A DNA stretch of 64,000 bases from a virus (lineage: Duplodnaviria; Caudoviricetes): the IMG/VR virus record IMGVR_UViG_3300014204_000116, positions 1 to 64,000 of that record; one strand, 5' to 3'. Made by a program: the position numbers and the translations under genes. A model generated the notes under the pieces. That model saw nothing but the letters and a program-made list of their open reading frames with translations, did not search any database and had not been told where the DNA came from. This document shows, one piece after another, positions 28,962 to 39,539 of this stretch; position 1 is the stretch's first letter; each line of letters begins with the position of its first letter.

Positions 28962-29288
28962 ATGGTATCTCCTACCGCGAAAAAGATCGTTGGCGTATTT
29001 ATCCCGGATGACACACGACCCCGGCCCTCCACGATTAAATGGGTGCAAGAAGAGTGCCGTAAGGGCAGCCTTAGGAAAGTAGTGGACGAGTTCACAAGGG
29101 CTCAGGATGAGCCCTTGGATGCAGACCTTTTACTGGTGGAAAAGATAGATGATTCGGGCATGACATGCCGAATACCCTGCAAGGTTACAGATCACGAAAG
29201 TCCTCACGCATTTTACACAGAGGTATGGTTTCGGCTTGATCCGGTCGCTAAGGAGTGCGCGCGCTTAAACGATCAACGCGCGACTTAG
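28962..29288 (+). CDS. Hypothetical protein
   Basis: 108-aa ORF in an operon with the previous gene. Confidence 0.55.
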   Translation: MVSPTAKKIVGVFIPDDTRPRPSTIKWVQEECRKGSLRKVVDEFTRAQDEPLDADLLLVEKIDDSGMTCRIPCKVTDHESPHAFYTEVWFRLDPVAKECARLNDQRAT

Positions 29289-29311
29289 TGATAAACGCGC
29301 GACTTTAACCT

Positions 29312-29557
29312 CTACTGGCCGGGAGGTTGGTTAAGAGCTGCCATTTGATCCAAAACTTCCGGGTCGGCGCTCAGATCACTCGGATTTTTGTAGGCTAGGC
29401 GTCCGGCCATCCAATCCAGGGCGAGCTTACGGTAGAATTTATTCGCAGTATCACAGTTGATGATTGGGCTCGCACGGAGCATATCTTCCACCTTGTTGTC
29501 AATTACTTGCGAAATTCGGAAGGAAGCCACGCGGTCTTTTAAGCTTTTTTTGCTCAT
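29312..29557 (-). CDS. Small basic protein, possible ribbon-helix-helix regulator
   Basis: MSKKSLKDRVASFRIS followed by helices; TGTTCT motif upstream. Confidence 0.5.
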   Translation of the reverse strand: MSKKSLKDRVASFRISQVIDNKVEDMLRASPIINCDTANKFYRKLALDWMAGRLAYKNPSDLSADPEVLDQMAALNQPPGQ

Positions 29558-29621
29558 ATCTCTATAGGAGAACAGAAATCGGAAGAAATGGCAATACTTT
29601 TTGTTCTTTGTAGTTAATATT

Positions 29622-31595
29622 ATGGCGCAGACCATCTCGACAAATTTGCTGTCCTACCTGGGACTCCTTGGCTCTACAGGCTCACACACGGGCTCTCTCG
29701 TACCCCGAGCGAACACGCCCCAGGCAAGTCAGGAATTGTGGAAGGACTTCCTTGATGCTGGCCGCGTAGCTGATCCCGACATATGGTCGAAGTTTAACCA
29801 GGTGATGAAACGGCCTGTCACCTTCGACGCCATGCTCCAGTTGTGGGAAGAAATGGCGACCTGGGATCTCATGGCAGCCGCACTGGTCGAAATTGTAGAC
29901 GAAGCCACGCAGGTGGATGCAAATTCTCCTGCTACAGTCTGGTACACGTGTAATGATCGTGCTTTTGAAGACGAGCTAAATTCGATGCTGGTTCGGCTGG
30001 ATGTGGAGAGTAACGCTCCTTCTCAGGTTTGGCACATCGCCGCCCTGGGAAATCACTTTGAAAAGCTTGAGTATGCCCCAGAAGAAGGCGTTTTGGGAAT
30101 GAGCTACACGCACCCGATGGACGTCCGCAGGTATTGGCTGGAGCGAAACCGAAAGCCAATTGGATTCCGATGGGCCGGGCACAAGCCCTCGAAAGAAAAC
30201 GCTTTTGTAATGCCGGATAATAAGACCCCTATTCCACGCGTGGTCCTTTCGGATGGTGGCAAGAGCACCGAAGAACTGTGGTATCCGTGGGACTTCATGC
30301 ACATGCGCCGGATGTTCCGGCTCCGCATTTCAGAGCATGGCGAGCCCATTTTTGACGAGGCCGAAGGAATTTACAAAAAGCTGAAGATGGCCATCGATCA
30401 GATGGTTGTCCACCGCGCCCAGGTGCAGCCGGATCGCTACGTTATTAACGTGGACGTGAAGGATCAACCCCCGGCTGAGCAGGTCAAAACCATCCAGCGG
30501 TGGAAGCAAGCCCTCAGATCTAAGCTAGCGTTTGGCCAGGCGCAGCAAGGGGGCACAGCCGGTGCGCTCACGTCTCCAACTGATTTCCAGTCGTTTTACA
30601 ACGCCTGGGCGCTGGATACGATTCTGTGGGTTGCTAAGCCTCGGGACTTCCAGCACTCGGTCGAAAAGCTCCAGGGAACACAAAACATTCCCGATGTGTA
30701 CGATATCGAGCTGCTGACAGATCTATTTTACAGCATCATTGGCATGCCCCGTTCCTGGTTTTCGGCTAAGATGGGTGAAGGCAGCGAGGGTAATGCTCCC
30801 TCCGGTAAAGCGCTTCTTGCCCAGGATATGCGCTTCTTGCGCAAGATTAAGTCTATCCGCCGACCGATGATCAATTGCTACACGTGGCTTGGCTATTTTC
30901 ACGCCGTGTTGAAGGGAAAAGATATTCGGCAGCTCGACATCAAGGCCAACATGCCGCCCATCGGCAGCCTCGAAGACCAGATGAAGATGGAGATGCTAAA
31001 GCAGCAGGCTGAAGTCCTCGACATCCTGGCCGACGTAATGGAGAAATATTCGTTGCCCAAGGAAGCCTGGATCGAGATCGTGTTTAAGAAATACCTCCAT
31101 CTCCCCGATGAAATTGTTAACATCTTCATCACGGCCTTGCCTGGTGAAATGGAACCGATGCCCGTCGAGAGCATGCAGCATGCGAAAGCTCCACAGTCAT
31201 ACCGCATCATTCGTCAGATCCAGGAAGAGGTCCAGAACAATCCAGCTTTAGCGGCCAAGATTGAGCTGCTAAAGAGTTCGATTTATGCCGACAATCCCCA
31301 GCGCATAACGGAAGATAAGATCCGCAAGATGCGGGGGACGAACATGGCTGAGAACATGTTCAAGATGCCCTCATTTCAGGACATGGATCTTATCGTATCG
31401 TCCTACGGCAGGCATCCCTTCGAGCTGAAGCGGCTCAAAGACAACCATAACCGTGAAACGGGCAAAGTCATGATCCAGCCGGGGGCAATCATGGAATCCG
31501 CGCCGAGTAATGCAGCAGTAGACGCGGCTGTAAACGAACGTCCGGCACCCGTGCAAGATTCTGGGTATAGGAAGTACATGCCGTCCAAGTTCTAG
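29622..31595 (+). CDS. Portal protein (T4 gp20-like)
   Basis: AAL..IVDEAT, H.R...GEPIF..A..I.KKLKM..D.MVVHR....PDR.V..VDV..P pattern; SVEKLQG.QN..D..DIE. Confidence 0.9.
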   Translation: MAQTISTNLLSYLGLLGSTGSHTGSLVPRANTPQASQELWKDFLDAGRVADPDIWSKFNQVMKRPVTFDAMLQLWEEMATWDLMAAALVEIVDEATQVDANSPATVWYTCNDRAFEDELNSMLVRLDVESNAPSQVWHIAALGNHFEKLEYAPEEGVLGMSYTHPMDVRRYWLERNRKPIGFRWAGHKPSKENAFVMPDNKTPIPRVVLSDGGKSTEELWYPWDFMHMRRMFRLRISEHGEPIFDEAEGIYKKLKMAIDQMVVHRAQVQPDRYVINVDVKDQPPAEQVKTIQRWKQALRSKLAFGQAQQGGTAGALTSPTDFQSFYNAWALDTILWVAKPRDFQHSVEKLQGTQNIPDVYDIELLTDLFYSIIGMPRSWFSAKMGEGSEGNAPSGKALLAQDMRFLRKIKSIRRPMINCYTWLGYFHAVLKGKDIRQLDIKANMPPIGSLEDQMKMEMLKQQAEVLDILADVMEKYSLPKEAWIEIVFKKYLHLPDEIVNIFITALPGEMEPMPVESMQHAKAPQSYRIIRQIQEEVQNNPALAAKIELLKSSIYADNPQRITEDKIRKMRGTNMAENMFKMPSFQDMDLIVSSYGRHPFELKRLKDNHNRETGKVMIQPGAIMESAPSNAAVDAAVNERPAPVQDSGYRKYMPSKF

Positions 31596-31597
31596 CC

Positions 31598-32344
31598 ATG
31601 CTTTACGTCACTAAAGGTCTTAGCGGAGTTGATACAGGTGAGGCGATCACTATGGTAGATGCTGCGTACGAAGACGCAGCTAACGGAGCAAATGTTATCA
31701 TCGACGCGTTTGTTCACGAGACCGATGTGCTGCTTCCCAACCAAGTCGTCAGTGCCTACCTGGATTGGAACGATGGCGGTGCCACGGTGTTATTCCCTAA
31801 GATTGTCGGGGGCCTGCTACACGTTAGTGCTACACGGTTTTTAGCGCCGGGGCAATATGTGATACGGCTTAATGCCCAAAACTATCGGTCTCCTCTCCAG
31901 AACAAGGTAGCTGTAAACTACTTCGTCACTGTCACTTCGACGACCCCAGTATCTAACCCACAAAAATACATATTTGGCCCAATATTACCAAGAGACTCGG
32001 GGTTTCCAAATGTCAACCAGTGGGAATTTCAGCTAGACTCAGATCAGCTAATTTTGGAATCGTCTGTCAAGATGCTGCTACTCACATCCAAAGGTGAGCG
32101 CGTAATGGAGCCGAATTACGGGACAAACATCCGGCGCATCCTGTTCGAATTGCAAATAGCTGGGATAGATAGTTTGCTACAGGATGAAATCGTGAGCGCT
32201 TTAGCTCTCTGGGAGCCCCGTGTCGAGCTGCAATCACTCACGCTACAACGCGATCAAAACAACCGAAATGTCTGCATGAATTTGGTTCTTATATCCAAGC
32301 TCAGCAAGCAGGCATTTGAAACAAGCGTTGAGTATGTGAGATGA
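31598..32344 (+). CDS. gp25/gpW-like baseplate wedge protein with N-terminal PKD-like domain
   Basis: LLLT.KGERVMEPNYGT.IRRILFE...I..AL..WEPRV; N-terminal DWNDG motif. Confidence 0.9.
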   Translation: MLYVTKGLSGVDTGEAITMVDAAYEDAANGANVIIDAFVHETDVLLPNQVVSAYLDWNDGGATVLFPKIVGGLLHVSATRFLAPGQYVIRLNAQNYRSPLQNKVAVNYFVTVTSTTPVSNPQKYIFGPILPRDSGFPNVNQWEFQLDSDQLILESSVKMLLLTSKGERVMEPNYGTNIRRILFELQIAGIDSLLQDEIVSALALWEPRVELQSLTLQRDQNNRNVCMNLVLISKLSKQAFETSVEYVR

Positions 32345-32679
32345 AAAAGGCTATAACCGTAGGAAGATCAGATTTTGTAAAGCAGTTGATGCGGCGCTCT
32401 GGATTTAAGTACGTAGAGGCGTGCCAGGCATACGAAACGATGATATCCACCCTATCCGACGCTATTACGCGCGGTGATTACGTGTGCCTCGGCGAAATTG
32501 GTGCCCTGGTCCCATCCATAGTGCCGCCGAAGCAAGTTCGAATGGGATTCGTAATGAAAAAGGGTGGAAAGACGGAGAAGCTCACGCGGGAATTCTTTTT
32601 AGACAGCCGACTCAAGTATAAATTTCGGCTGTTCAAGGGTTTCGTCAAAAACCATCAATTACACTGGCCCGTGCAGTAG
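32341..32679 (+). CDS. HU/IHF-like DNA-binding protein
   Basis: Two N-terminal helices, 'AI..GD.V.LG.IG.L', basic beta arm, 'KFR..K.F'. Confidence 0.7.
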   Translation: MKKAITVGRSDFVKQLMRRSGFKYVEACQAYETMISTLSDAITRGDYVCLGEIGALVPSIVPPKQVRMGFVMKKGGKTEKLTREFFLDSRLKYKFRLFKGFVKNHQLHWPVQ

Positions 32680-32688
32680 TTAAGGCGT

Positions 32689-34002
32689 ATGTCAATAGAC
32701 CCGTTATCTCTTCCGAGTGCCGCAGGTATCAACTACGGTGAAGGAGACGTTCGGCATTTCTCCGAGGGTGATGCCGTAGCAGTCCCCTCATTATCAAATC
32801 CGACACGCCACCTGGCCCAGCGTGATTCTTTGATCGTCGATAAGCTGAATGAAGTAGTCTCCGAGGTCAACAACAAAGAGCAGATTGTGCCACTCCCGGT
32901 GTATCGCACTGTCATCCCTGCCAATACCGAAGAGATCATCGCCAACCTGCGCATCCCTCCCAGCTATGAAGCCCGAGTGTTGAGTGCAGCGATTGGATCT
33001 AGTCCTATATCATCTAACGTCGAGCTGAATGTCCTGTGGAATAGCACTTTTGGGAACACCACCGGCACATCGGTCTTAACAACCGCCGCAGAGACAAATG
33101 GCGGCACCAAATTTTCGCCTAGTGGCGAGTTCATAATTTCTGTCAAGAATAAGGGTGATACAACACTCGATATCATGGCTAGTGTTACGCTTACCATGCG
33201 CCCGACGTCTACAGTTACAAGCGCACTGTTGCCCGCGCCATCGCTGGCACCCTCTGGTCCTCCGGGGCCTAAAGGAGATAAAGGAGATCTTGGCGGGGCT
33301 GGCCCTACTGGGCCTGCGGGAAGTCCAGGATTGATCTATCGAGGCCAGTGGGCTAAGACTCCTTACCCTCAGAATTATTCTGCGAATGACGTAGTAACTC
33401 ACAACTTCGCAGGGACTAGTGGATCTTCCTCATACGTGTGCTTGACACCCCACATCGCTGACGACATAAACAAACCGAACCCCACTTTAACACCGAGCAC
33501 TTACTGGGATTTCATCGCATCTGCGGGCGCTATTGGCGCGTCTGGAAGCGTAGGATCAGCCGGAACTACGGCATTGTTTGGCTTCAGCGATAACCTCGTT
33601 CAAGGAACGCTTATCACCAGCAGTGATTTCTACGGGGATATTTTCAACTCGACTTACAACTCGGCGAGTATACTGCCAGGCAAGACATATGGCTTATCGT
33701 TCCATGAGATATCCATGGTAGCTCCCGACAATAGCCCGAGTGGAATTTGCATGATACAGGCGCAAACCACCGCTTGTTTCTCTGGCACGCTGGCACTATA
33801 TCTCCCTGGGCTGATTAATGGAGGGCTGGCAGATTACAATCTTCAGCACTGCAACATAAACGTAACATCTCACGGTTCAATTGCAGATGTGGCTTCAGCG
33901 CTATTCGTAGTTCCTTCGGGCACAACCGGCGTTGAAATCGTTCAGTCAGGAACGGCGCGGCCAATATGGATATCTGTGAGTGGGCAGCAGCTAGTGCCTT
34001 AA
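32689..34002 (+). CDS. Tail fibre / appendage protein with short collagen-like repeat
   Basis: NPTRHLAQRD motif, GPPGPKGDKGDLGGAGPTGPAGSPG, then RGQW...Y..NDVV..SSYVC...H...W carbohydrate-binding-like module. Confidence 0.75.
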   Translation: MSIDPLSLPSAAGINYGEGDVRHFSEGDAVAVPSLSNPTRHLAQRDSLIVDKLNEVVSEVNNKEQIVPLPVYRTVIPANTEEIIANLRIPPSYEARVLSAAIGSSPISSNVELNVLWNSTFGNTTGTSVLTTAAETNGGTKFSPSGEFIISVKNKGDTTLDIMASVTLTMRPTSTVTSALLPAPSLAPSGPPGPKGDKGDLGGAGPTGPAGSPGLIYRGQWAKTPYPQNYSANDVVTHNFAGTSGSSSYVCLTPHIADDINKPNPTLTPSTYWDFIASAGAIGASGSVGSAGTTALFGFSDNLVQGTLITSSDFYGDIFNSTYNSASILPGKTYGLSFHEISMVAPDNSPSGICMIQAQTTACFSGTLALYLPGLINGGLADYNLQHCNINVTSHGSIADVASALFVVPSGTTGVEIVQSGTARPIWISVSGQQLVP

Positions 34003-35135
34003 GAAGCGTAGAGCAGAGCGGCCCCAGGTAACCGTCTATCGTAATAATAGTCGGTATCTGAGTCAGGACCACCAAATATCCAAGATCCATCTTCGTCATT
34101 TGCAGAGAATAAGCAAACGTTTGTATACGCATTGCCAAATCCGCCTACGAATTTTACGCGCACGAATTGGACCGGGACACTGTCATTACCGGCTGTCGAA
34201 TACTTTAGGGTGCATGATCGGTTATTGGCCGATATCGAAAACGTCGTGGGCTTACGCCCGGCGTGACAAGACCCTGATACACCGCCTGCGCCTGTTGGAT
34301 TCAAGTCATACCAGATGACACTCAGTGAATATGGATTAGACCCAGAAGGCCACCCGACCGGTCCAGCCCCGTTTGTCTGCCATATGGTCTTAAACGTCGC
34401 AGTCGAAGTAGGCACCTTCAAATATATCGTGCCTTCCTGATCATCGTCTGCCGCGCGGTGGACGCGATTATACCATTGTGATCCTGAGTGCAGAGTGAAA
34501 AGCTTAGCACCCCGAGGAGTCTGAGGAGGGCCATAACCTGCGGATTGCATCGATACGTCACCAGGCAGCTTATAGGCCCGGCCATTAACCCCAATTGTGA
34601 CAGTATTCCTTCCGATAGTGTGCCCGTAAGTGTCGAGCACGTCCTCGGTGGTATGCGACGTTCCGCCATGGGCTTGTAACTCGCGTATGTCATCGATTGT
34701 CATGTTCGAATGCGCGAGCAAGAGTTGATTGTAGACGTACGCTTGTTCAAACGCATCGGCAGACGGCGAATACGTTACGAGAGTTTTTGACTGAATCGGC
34801 ACGCCTGGCATATTGCTGCCCGTCGTGGTACTGCTCAACCCACCATCACTTGTGGAATGAGGACCAGGATCACTCGGCGTGGCATAGTAAGATGTTAGCC
34901 TGCAAGGCACATAAATTGTGGTATCGTTCGGGGGATCTCCAAAGTGGAACGCAAGGACCATTTCCCCGATCCTATCCCCGCCATTGTCGTAATAGGGAGT
35001 GCTGACAATGTTTATCCCGTGGACCTTTGACATCGACCCGTTGATATGGGCATTCAAGTTCTTCTTGAGCTGGTCTAATTGGGAATTTAGCTCAGCAAGC
35101 TCGGCTTGAGTGAATAGTTGGACCTGGCTCGGCAT
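33999..35135 (-). CDS. Putative virion structural protein
   Basis: S/T/G-rich ORF co-transcribed with the Ig-domain gene. Confidence 0.55.
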   Translation of the reverse strand: MPSQVQLFTQAELAELNSQLDQLKKNLNAHINGSMSKVHGINIVSTPYYDNGGDRIGEMVLAFHFGDPPNDTTIYVPCRLTSYYATPSDPGPHSTSDGGLSSTTTGSNMPGVPIQSKTLVTYSPSADAFEQAYVYNQLLLAHSNMTIDDIRELQAHGGTSHTTEDVLDTYGHTIGRNTVTIGVNGRAYKLPGDVSMQSAGYGPPQTPRGAKLFTLHSGSQWYNRVHRAADDDQEGTIYLKVPTSTATFKTIWQTNGAGPVGWPSGSNPYSLSVIWYDLNPTGAGGVSGSCHAGRKPTTFSISANNRSCTLKYSTAGNDSVPVQFVRVKFVGGFGNAYTNVCLFSANDEDGSWIFGGPDSDTDYYYDRRLPGAALLYAS

Positions 35136-35140
35136 AGTCT

Positions 35141-35755
35141 CTAATAAGGCCGCGTAGGGACGGCTTCTCCTGTTGTGGATTGTATCGCAATAGTGGCAAT
35201 TTCTGACAGAGTTTGGCCATTTGCGTTAGTTGCGATGCAGACGTAATTTCCCACGTCGGACTCTGAAAAATTAGAGAAGAATAGCGACGTGGACGTTGCG
35301 CCAGTGACTGGTATTCCGTCTTTGGTCCAGCGGATGAGTATCGGCGGAGTCCCGATAACCGTGCATTCAACCACTGCCTGATCACCCAGGGCGATAGCAG
35401 TGCTGGGTGGCTGCACCGTAAATGAGGGCGCTGTGGCCGTAGGAGATCCAGACCACGTGCCGGTGCTGACAAATACGCCAGAATCAATAGCTGGGATGTA
35501 GACACCGTAGTTTGTGCCATTAGCCGTAATCAGGAGCCTTAGCCAGCACGAGTTCTCAATCGTATGCTGAGTGTGAGCTTCATCAGACGGAGCTTCACTG
35601 GGAGTAATGGTCCAGGGAAGATCTACCTTATTCGTCTCGTTGTGCTGCCACCAATCCCCGGCCATGTGGGCAGCAATACCTCCTGCTGCACTCGCTGCTA
35701 CCTGTGTAGCAACGTCGCGTGTGGATTCGGTGGCAACGCTGGTCTCACTAGCCAT
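35141..35755 (-). CDS. Ig (I-set)-domain virion protein
   Basis: PSFTVQP..G....EC...G.PP..I.W.KDG..I......L.......DVG.Y.C.ATN..G signature. Confidence 0.85.
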   Translation of the reverse strand: MASETSVATESTRDVATQVAASAAGGIAAHMAGDWWQHNETNKVDLPWTITPSEAPSDEAHTQHTIENSCWLRLLITANGTNYGVYIPAIDSGVFVSTGTWSGSPTATAPSFTVQPPSTAIALGDQAVVECTVIGTPPILIRWTKDGIPVTGATSTSLFFSNFSESDVGNYVCIATNANGQTLSEIATIAIQSTTGEAVPTRPY

Positions 35756-35768
35756 GGCGAGTTCAGAG

Positions 35769-36305
35769 TTAGTCTAAGGGTGGAGCGGGAAGTAAAATAC
35801 CCTTCGCTCGACCGAGGGGGCCTCTTTCGGCACCAGGGCCAGTTGGCCTGCCGGTTGGCATAGCACGATCAATGATTTCACGCTCTTCTGGAGACAGCTT
35901 CGGCCCTTCCTCAAACTCGCCGCCTTCCTCGCCCTCTCCACCTTCAGGAGCGCCTTCACCACCCTCAAACGGCTCTTCCTCCTCACCGCTCGGCGGCGGT
36001 GGGAGTTTTCCGGCTTCAAGCTCGGTATCCCCTGGGGGTGCTTCATCGGCTGAGATTTCCTCCCCAGCTTCATCCTGGGTCTTTTTGGACGCATCGCGCT
36101 GCTCTTTAAACTCGGCACTGTCAACTCCAGGGGGCGCTACGTTGTCCAGCCAATACACCAGCTCGGCGTACATTTCGTCTGCCAGGGGCTCTGCGTGATC
36201 CTTTTCCAAGGCGTTTCGGATAGCCACTAGCTGCCCATAGCTGAGCGAAACGTCGTAATCGTTGAAAGTGTCTATACCGTCAAATTTAGCTTTCTTAATC
36301 TTCAT
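35769..36305 (-). CDS. Acidic E/G/P-rich late protein
   Basis: Preceded by GTAGTTA on the minus strand at 36333-36339. Confidence 0.65.
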   Translation of the reverse strand: MKIKKAKFDGIDTFNDYDVSLSYGQLVAIRNALEKDHAEPLADEMYAELVYWLDNVAPPGVDSAEFKEQRDASKKTQDEAGEEISADEAPPGDTELEAGKLPPPPSGEEEEPFEGGEGAPEGGEGEEGGEFEEGPKLSPEEREIIDRAMPTGRPTGPGAERGPLGRAKGILLPAPPLD

Positions 36306-36409
36306 AAGCTTTACGCTGGCCTTTGTCCTGTTTAACTACGCTCGCGCCCCAGAGATTGAATTAGCAGAACTTGTCTACAAATGGTTTCAGTTCTCTAAAA
36401 TACACATAT

Positions 36410-37678
36410 ATGAACAAAGTTCGATTTCATGAGCCGGTAACACTCAGCTTTCGCAAGTCGGCGGGCGGCTCCACAATGACGTTTGACGCCCACAGGGATT
36501 GGATTATACCCAACGCCCAATTGGATCGAATCATGCAGGATGCGAATATCAAGGCCCGCACCTACAAAATCTCCAAAATTGACAACTTGATACCAAACTT
36601 CAACGTTAATGTCCCCAAAAAGCCAGGGGCCAATCGAGCGCTAGTTTACAACGGCAGCGGTGGCTACGGCGACCAGCTAATGACGTGGCCCCTGACACTC
36701 ATACTGACGCGTATGGGCTACGAAGTGCACATGATGGTAGATCCCGGAAATCAAATTTGTTGGTGGAATGTTCCGTGGGTCAAATCGGTGCATGTCGTTC
36801 CGATGCAAGATGAAGTGTTTCAAATGTTTGACCACCACATCATCTTCGATACGGCGTGCAACATGATGGAGCATCCGAATCATCCGCATCCACTGGATTT
36901 GATGCTGCGAAAAATCGGAATAGATCCCAGTACGGTGCCAGACAACCTTAAAGTAGTCCGACCACTATTCACATCGGGAGAAATGGCAGCTACTTTACCC
37001 TACCGGGAGCGGCAGCTTGCACTGTACCAGTTTGCGAGCGCCAATCCTGTGCGCAATCTTCCTGCACCTGATAGCGCTTTTATGCTGAGCCGCCTGAGCG
37101 AAACTTTTCCGCAGTACACGTGGATGGCGCTCTACGACGAGTTCATCCCCAAAGAGTACGTCCAATCGGTGATGGAGGACGTGGTTGACCCTGATACAAA
37201 GGAGGTCAAAAAAGACGAAAAGGGCAACGTTCTCAAAAAGGTAAAGTTTCCGAACTGCATAGTTTTGTTTTGCCCTAACCTGCGGGAGCTGTGGGCGATC
37301 ACATCCCAGGCCAAAATCGTTGTAGCCCCCGACAGTATGATGGTCCACGTGGCGGGTTCATTGGGAATCCCGTGCGTCGGCCTGTGGGGGCCTTATGATC
37401 CCCGAAGTCGTGTAAAATATTACCAAAAGCACTACCCTGTGTTCAATGTGTCAGCTTGCCCCCAGGCCCCGTGTTCGCATTATTTGGCTACATTTCCGAA
37501 GTACTGCCCGCCCAGAGCCGGTCGTAACGTTTGCGAAGTTATGGCTGCGATTACCCCGGAGCAGGTAATTGATGGTATTCACTCACTCGTGCCAGAATCA
37601 AAACTGCAACCGAAGATCTCAGCAGAAGAGCCTGTGTTTGACAAGCCACCGTCTGTGGATATAATCAAAGAGCCGTGA
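36410..37678 (+). CDS. GT9 (heptosyltransferase-like) glycosyltransferase
   Basis: GGYGD, 'VAPDS.MVH.A.SLGIP.VGLWGP', C-terminal Cys cluster then 'M.AITPEQV'. Confidence 0.85.
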   Translation: MNKVRFHEPVTLSFRKSAGGSTMTFDAHRDWIIPNAQLDRIMQDANIKARTYKISKIDNLIPNFNVNVPKKPGANRALVYNGSGGYGDQLMTWPLTLILTRMGYEVHMMVDPGNQICWWNVPWVKSVHVVPMQDEVFQMFDHHIIFDTACNMMEHPNHPHPLDLMLRKIGIDPSTVPDNLKVVRPLFTSGEMAATLPYRERQLALYQFASANPVRNLPAPDSAFMLSRLSETFPQYTWMALYDEFIPKEYVQSVMEDVVDPDTKEVKKDEKGNVLKKVKFPNCIVLFCPNLRELWAITSQAKIVVAPDSMMVHVAGSLGIPCVGLWGPYDPRSRVKYYQKHYPVFNVSACPQAPCSHYLATFPKYCPPRAGRNVCEVMAAITPEQVIDGIHSLVPESKLQPKISAEEPVFDKPPSVDIIKEP

Positions 37679-39501
37679 TTACACTGCTCGAAAAAAGCAT
37701 TTATCTGTACTTGGCAGGCCCTCCGAACGATCTGTATGATCTGTCGGATGCTTTGAAAATTCAGCATCCTCAGCGGGATAAAATTGACCTGTACCATTTG
37801 TGGAAGAGGACCAAAGGCGAAAAAGGATGGGATGGCACGGTTAAGCCCCTCAAAGTTGATCGCTCCGGCCACGAGGCGTCCATCCTTCGGGGTCACAAGA
37901 GCAGGGTTCTCACAACAATGGGTAAACTGGGCATAGAAGTAAGCCCAAACAGCAAGCTGATAACCTCCCCGTTCGCAGAACTGACATCAAACGACATCAA
38001 CCCAGATTGCATCGCGGGTGATTTTCCCCTGGATCATAATCAGATACACTGCATCTTAAAATGGCTCCAGAACGGAATGGGCATTGGCAAGATCGCCGTC
38101 AATGGGGGAAAAACGGCAACTTTCGCTGGCTTCGCGGCTACGCTAAAAAGTTACATGGAAGATGCGCGTTTTGTCTACATAACCGACCGCGAACGTCTAC
38201 AGTCCCAGGTTGGGGATGAGATGCCAAAATTCTTGCCCGGCTGGGGCATTTCTATCTTCGGGGGAGGAGGGCAGGACTACGAGGGAAAGGACATGGTTAT
38301 CTGCACCTTGGCCATGCTGCGGACGCACAAGAATGACCTGGAGGCCCTCGGGTGGTTTAACACTTTCAACGCGGTGTTGTTCGACGAATGCCACCACGCC
38401 AACGCCGACAGCGCCGAAGAACTGATGCTGAGGTTTGGTGGTGCTTTCTTCCGCATTGGCGCGTCGGATACGGCGAGGGAAAAGGATATATTAGCCCAAA
38501 ACCGGATCACGGGACTTCTCGGGCCTGTGCTCATGCAGGTCGATCAGGTGGAGCTTATCGGCCTGGGGAGAAGTGCACAACCCCACATTTACGTCATAGA
38601 CGATAAAAGCTGGACTGGCCGGTATGATTTGGTTCCTTACACGCCCCAAGTTGGGACTACAGCCTGGGCACTTTTGGACGGCCAAACTGAGATGACCCAA
38701 GGGATTTATAAAGGCCCCGTCATAGAGCTGGATGATCAGGGCAACCAGGTAGTGGTGGATAAACGCATCTTGGAGGGGGTTAAATTTGTAAAGGTAACGG
38801 AGCCCAAGACTGTGCCGGGTTTGCACCTTATCGAGGTCAATGGGGTAGACTATGAAATTAACTCGTCGTACTGCCTCCTTGAACGTTCTGTAGACAGATG
38901 TATCGTAAGATTCAAAGAGCGAAATGATTTAATCACGGAATGGTCTACATTTTTTGCAAAACAGGGCAAGCGCACGCTGGTTGTGGCTACCCGGCTAATG
39001 CACATTCTTATCCTGGAGAGCCTCATCTGCAACGCCTACGATCCCGACCTTGTGCGCACGCTGACCGGTGAAGACTCGGTAGGCACCAAAAATAAAACTT
39101 TCGAGTGGTTCAAGAAGACCAAGGGCGCAATCCTCATTACTTCACTGGTAAAAGAGGGCGTCAGCATAAACGAAATAGAAGCAGGCGTCGTGGCCGACTA
39201 CATCGGAGATGCCGAATTTGCCAACCAGATCGTGGGCCGTTTTCTCCGCCGAAAAAAAGAGGGGGAGAACGTAACTGAAATCGCCTGGTTTCTCGACCGT
39301 CAACAGCGCCGGTTTGAGCGGGGCTGCAAGTCGGTCATACAGCGCCTAAGCGAAGCGGAAAAGGGCTTTATTTTTTACCATCCACTCGTGCATCCTTCAG
39401 ACCTTTCGTCTGAACCTCGGGGATATCAGGTTTGGGATAGCCAGCACGAGGGGGAGTGGCGAAAAGACGAGGGCGAGCTTCCTGCACATATTTCTCTGTA
39501 G
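37675..39501 (+). CDS. SF2 DNA helicase (UvsW-like)
   Basis: NGGKT, DECHH, EGVSI, Q.VGR.LR motifs. Confidence 0.88.
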   Translation: MITLLEKSIYLYLAGPPNDLYDLSDALKIQHPQRDKIDLYHLWKRTKGEKGWDGTVKPLKVDRSGHEASILRGHKSRVLTTMGKLGIEVSPNSKLITSPFAELTSNDINPDCIAGDFPLDHNQIHCILKWLQNGMGIGKIAVNGGKTATFAGFAATLKSYMEDARFVYITDRERLQSQVGDEMPKFLPGWGISIFGGGGQDYEGKDMVICTLAMLRTHKNDLEALGWFNTFNAVLFDECHHANADSAEELMLRFGGAFFRIGASDTAREKDILAQNRITGLLGPVLMQVDQVELIGLGRSAQPHIYVIDDKSWTGRYDLVPYTPQVGTTAWALLDGQTEMTQGIYKGPVIELDDQGNQVVVDKRILEGVKFVKVTEPKTVPGLHLIEVNGVDYEINSSYCLLERSVDRCIVRFKERNDLITEWSTFFAKQGKRTLVVATRLMHILILESLICNAYDPDLVRTLTGEDSVGTKNKTFEWFKKTKGAILITSLVKEGVSINEIEAGVVADYIGDAEFANQIVGRFLRRKKEGENVTEIAWFLDRQQRRFERGCKSVIQRLSEAEKGFIFYHPLVHPSDLSSEPRGYQVWDSQHEGEWRKDEGELPAHISL

Positions 39502-39539
39502 ACTTCCTTTTTTCCCGTTCTAGGAGTAGAGCACTAAGC

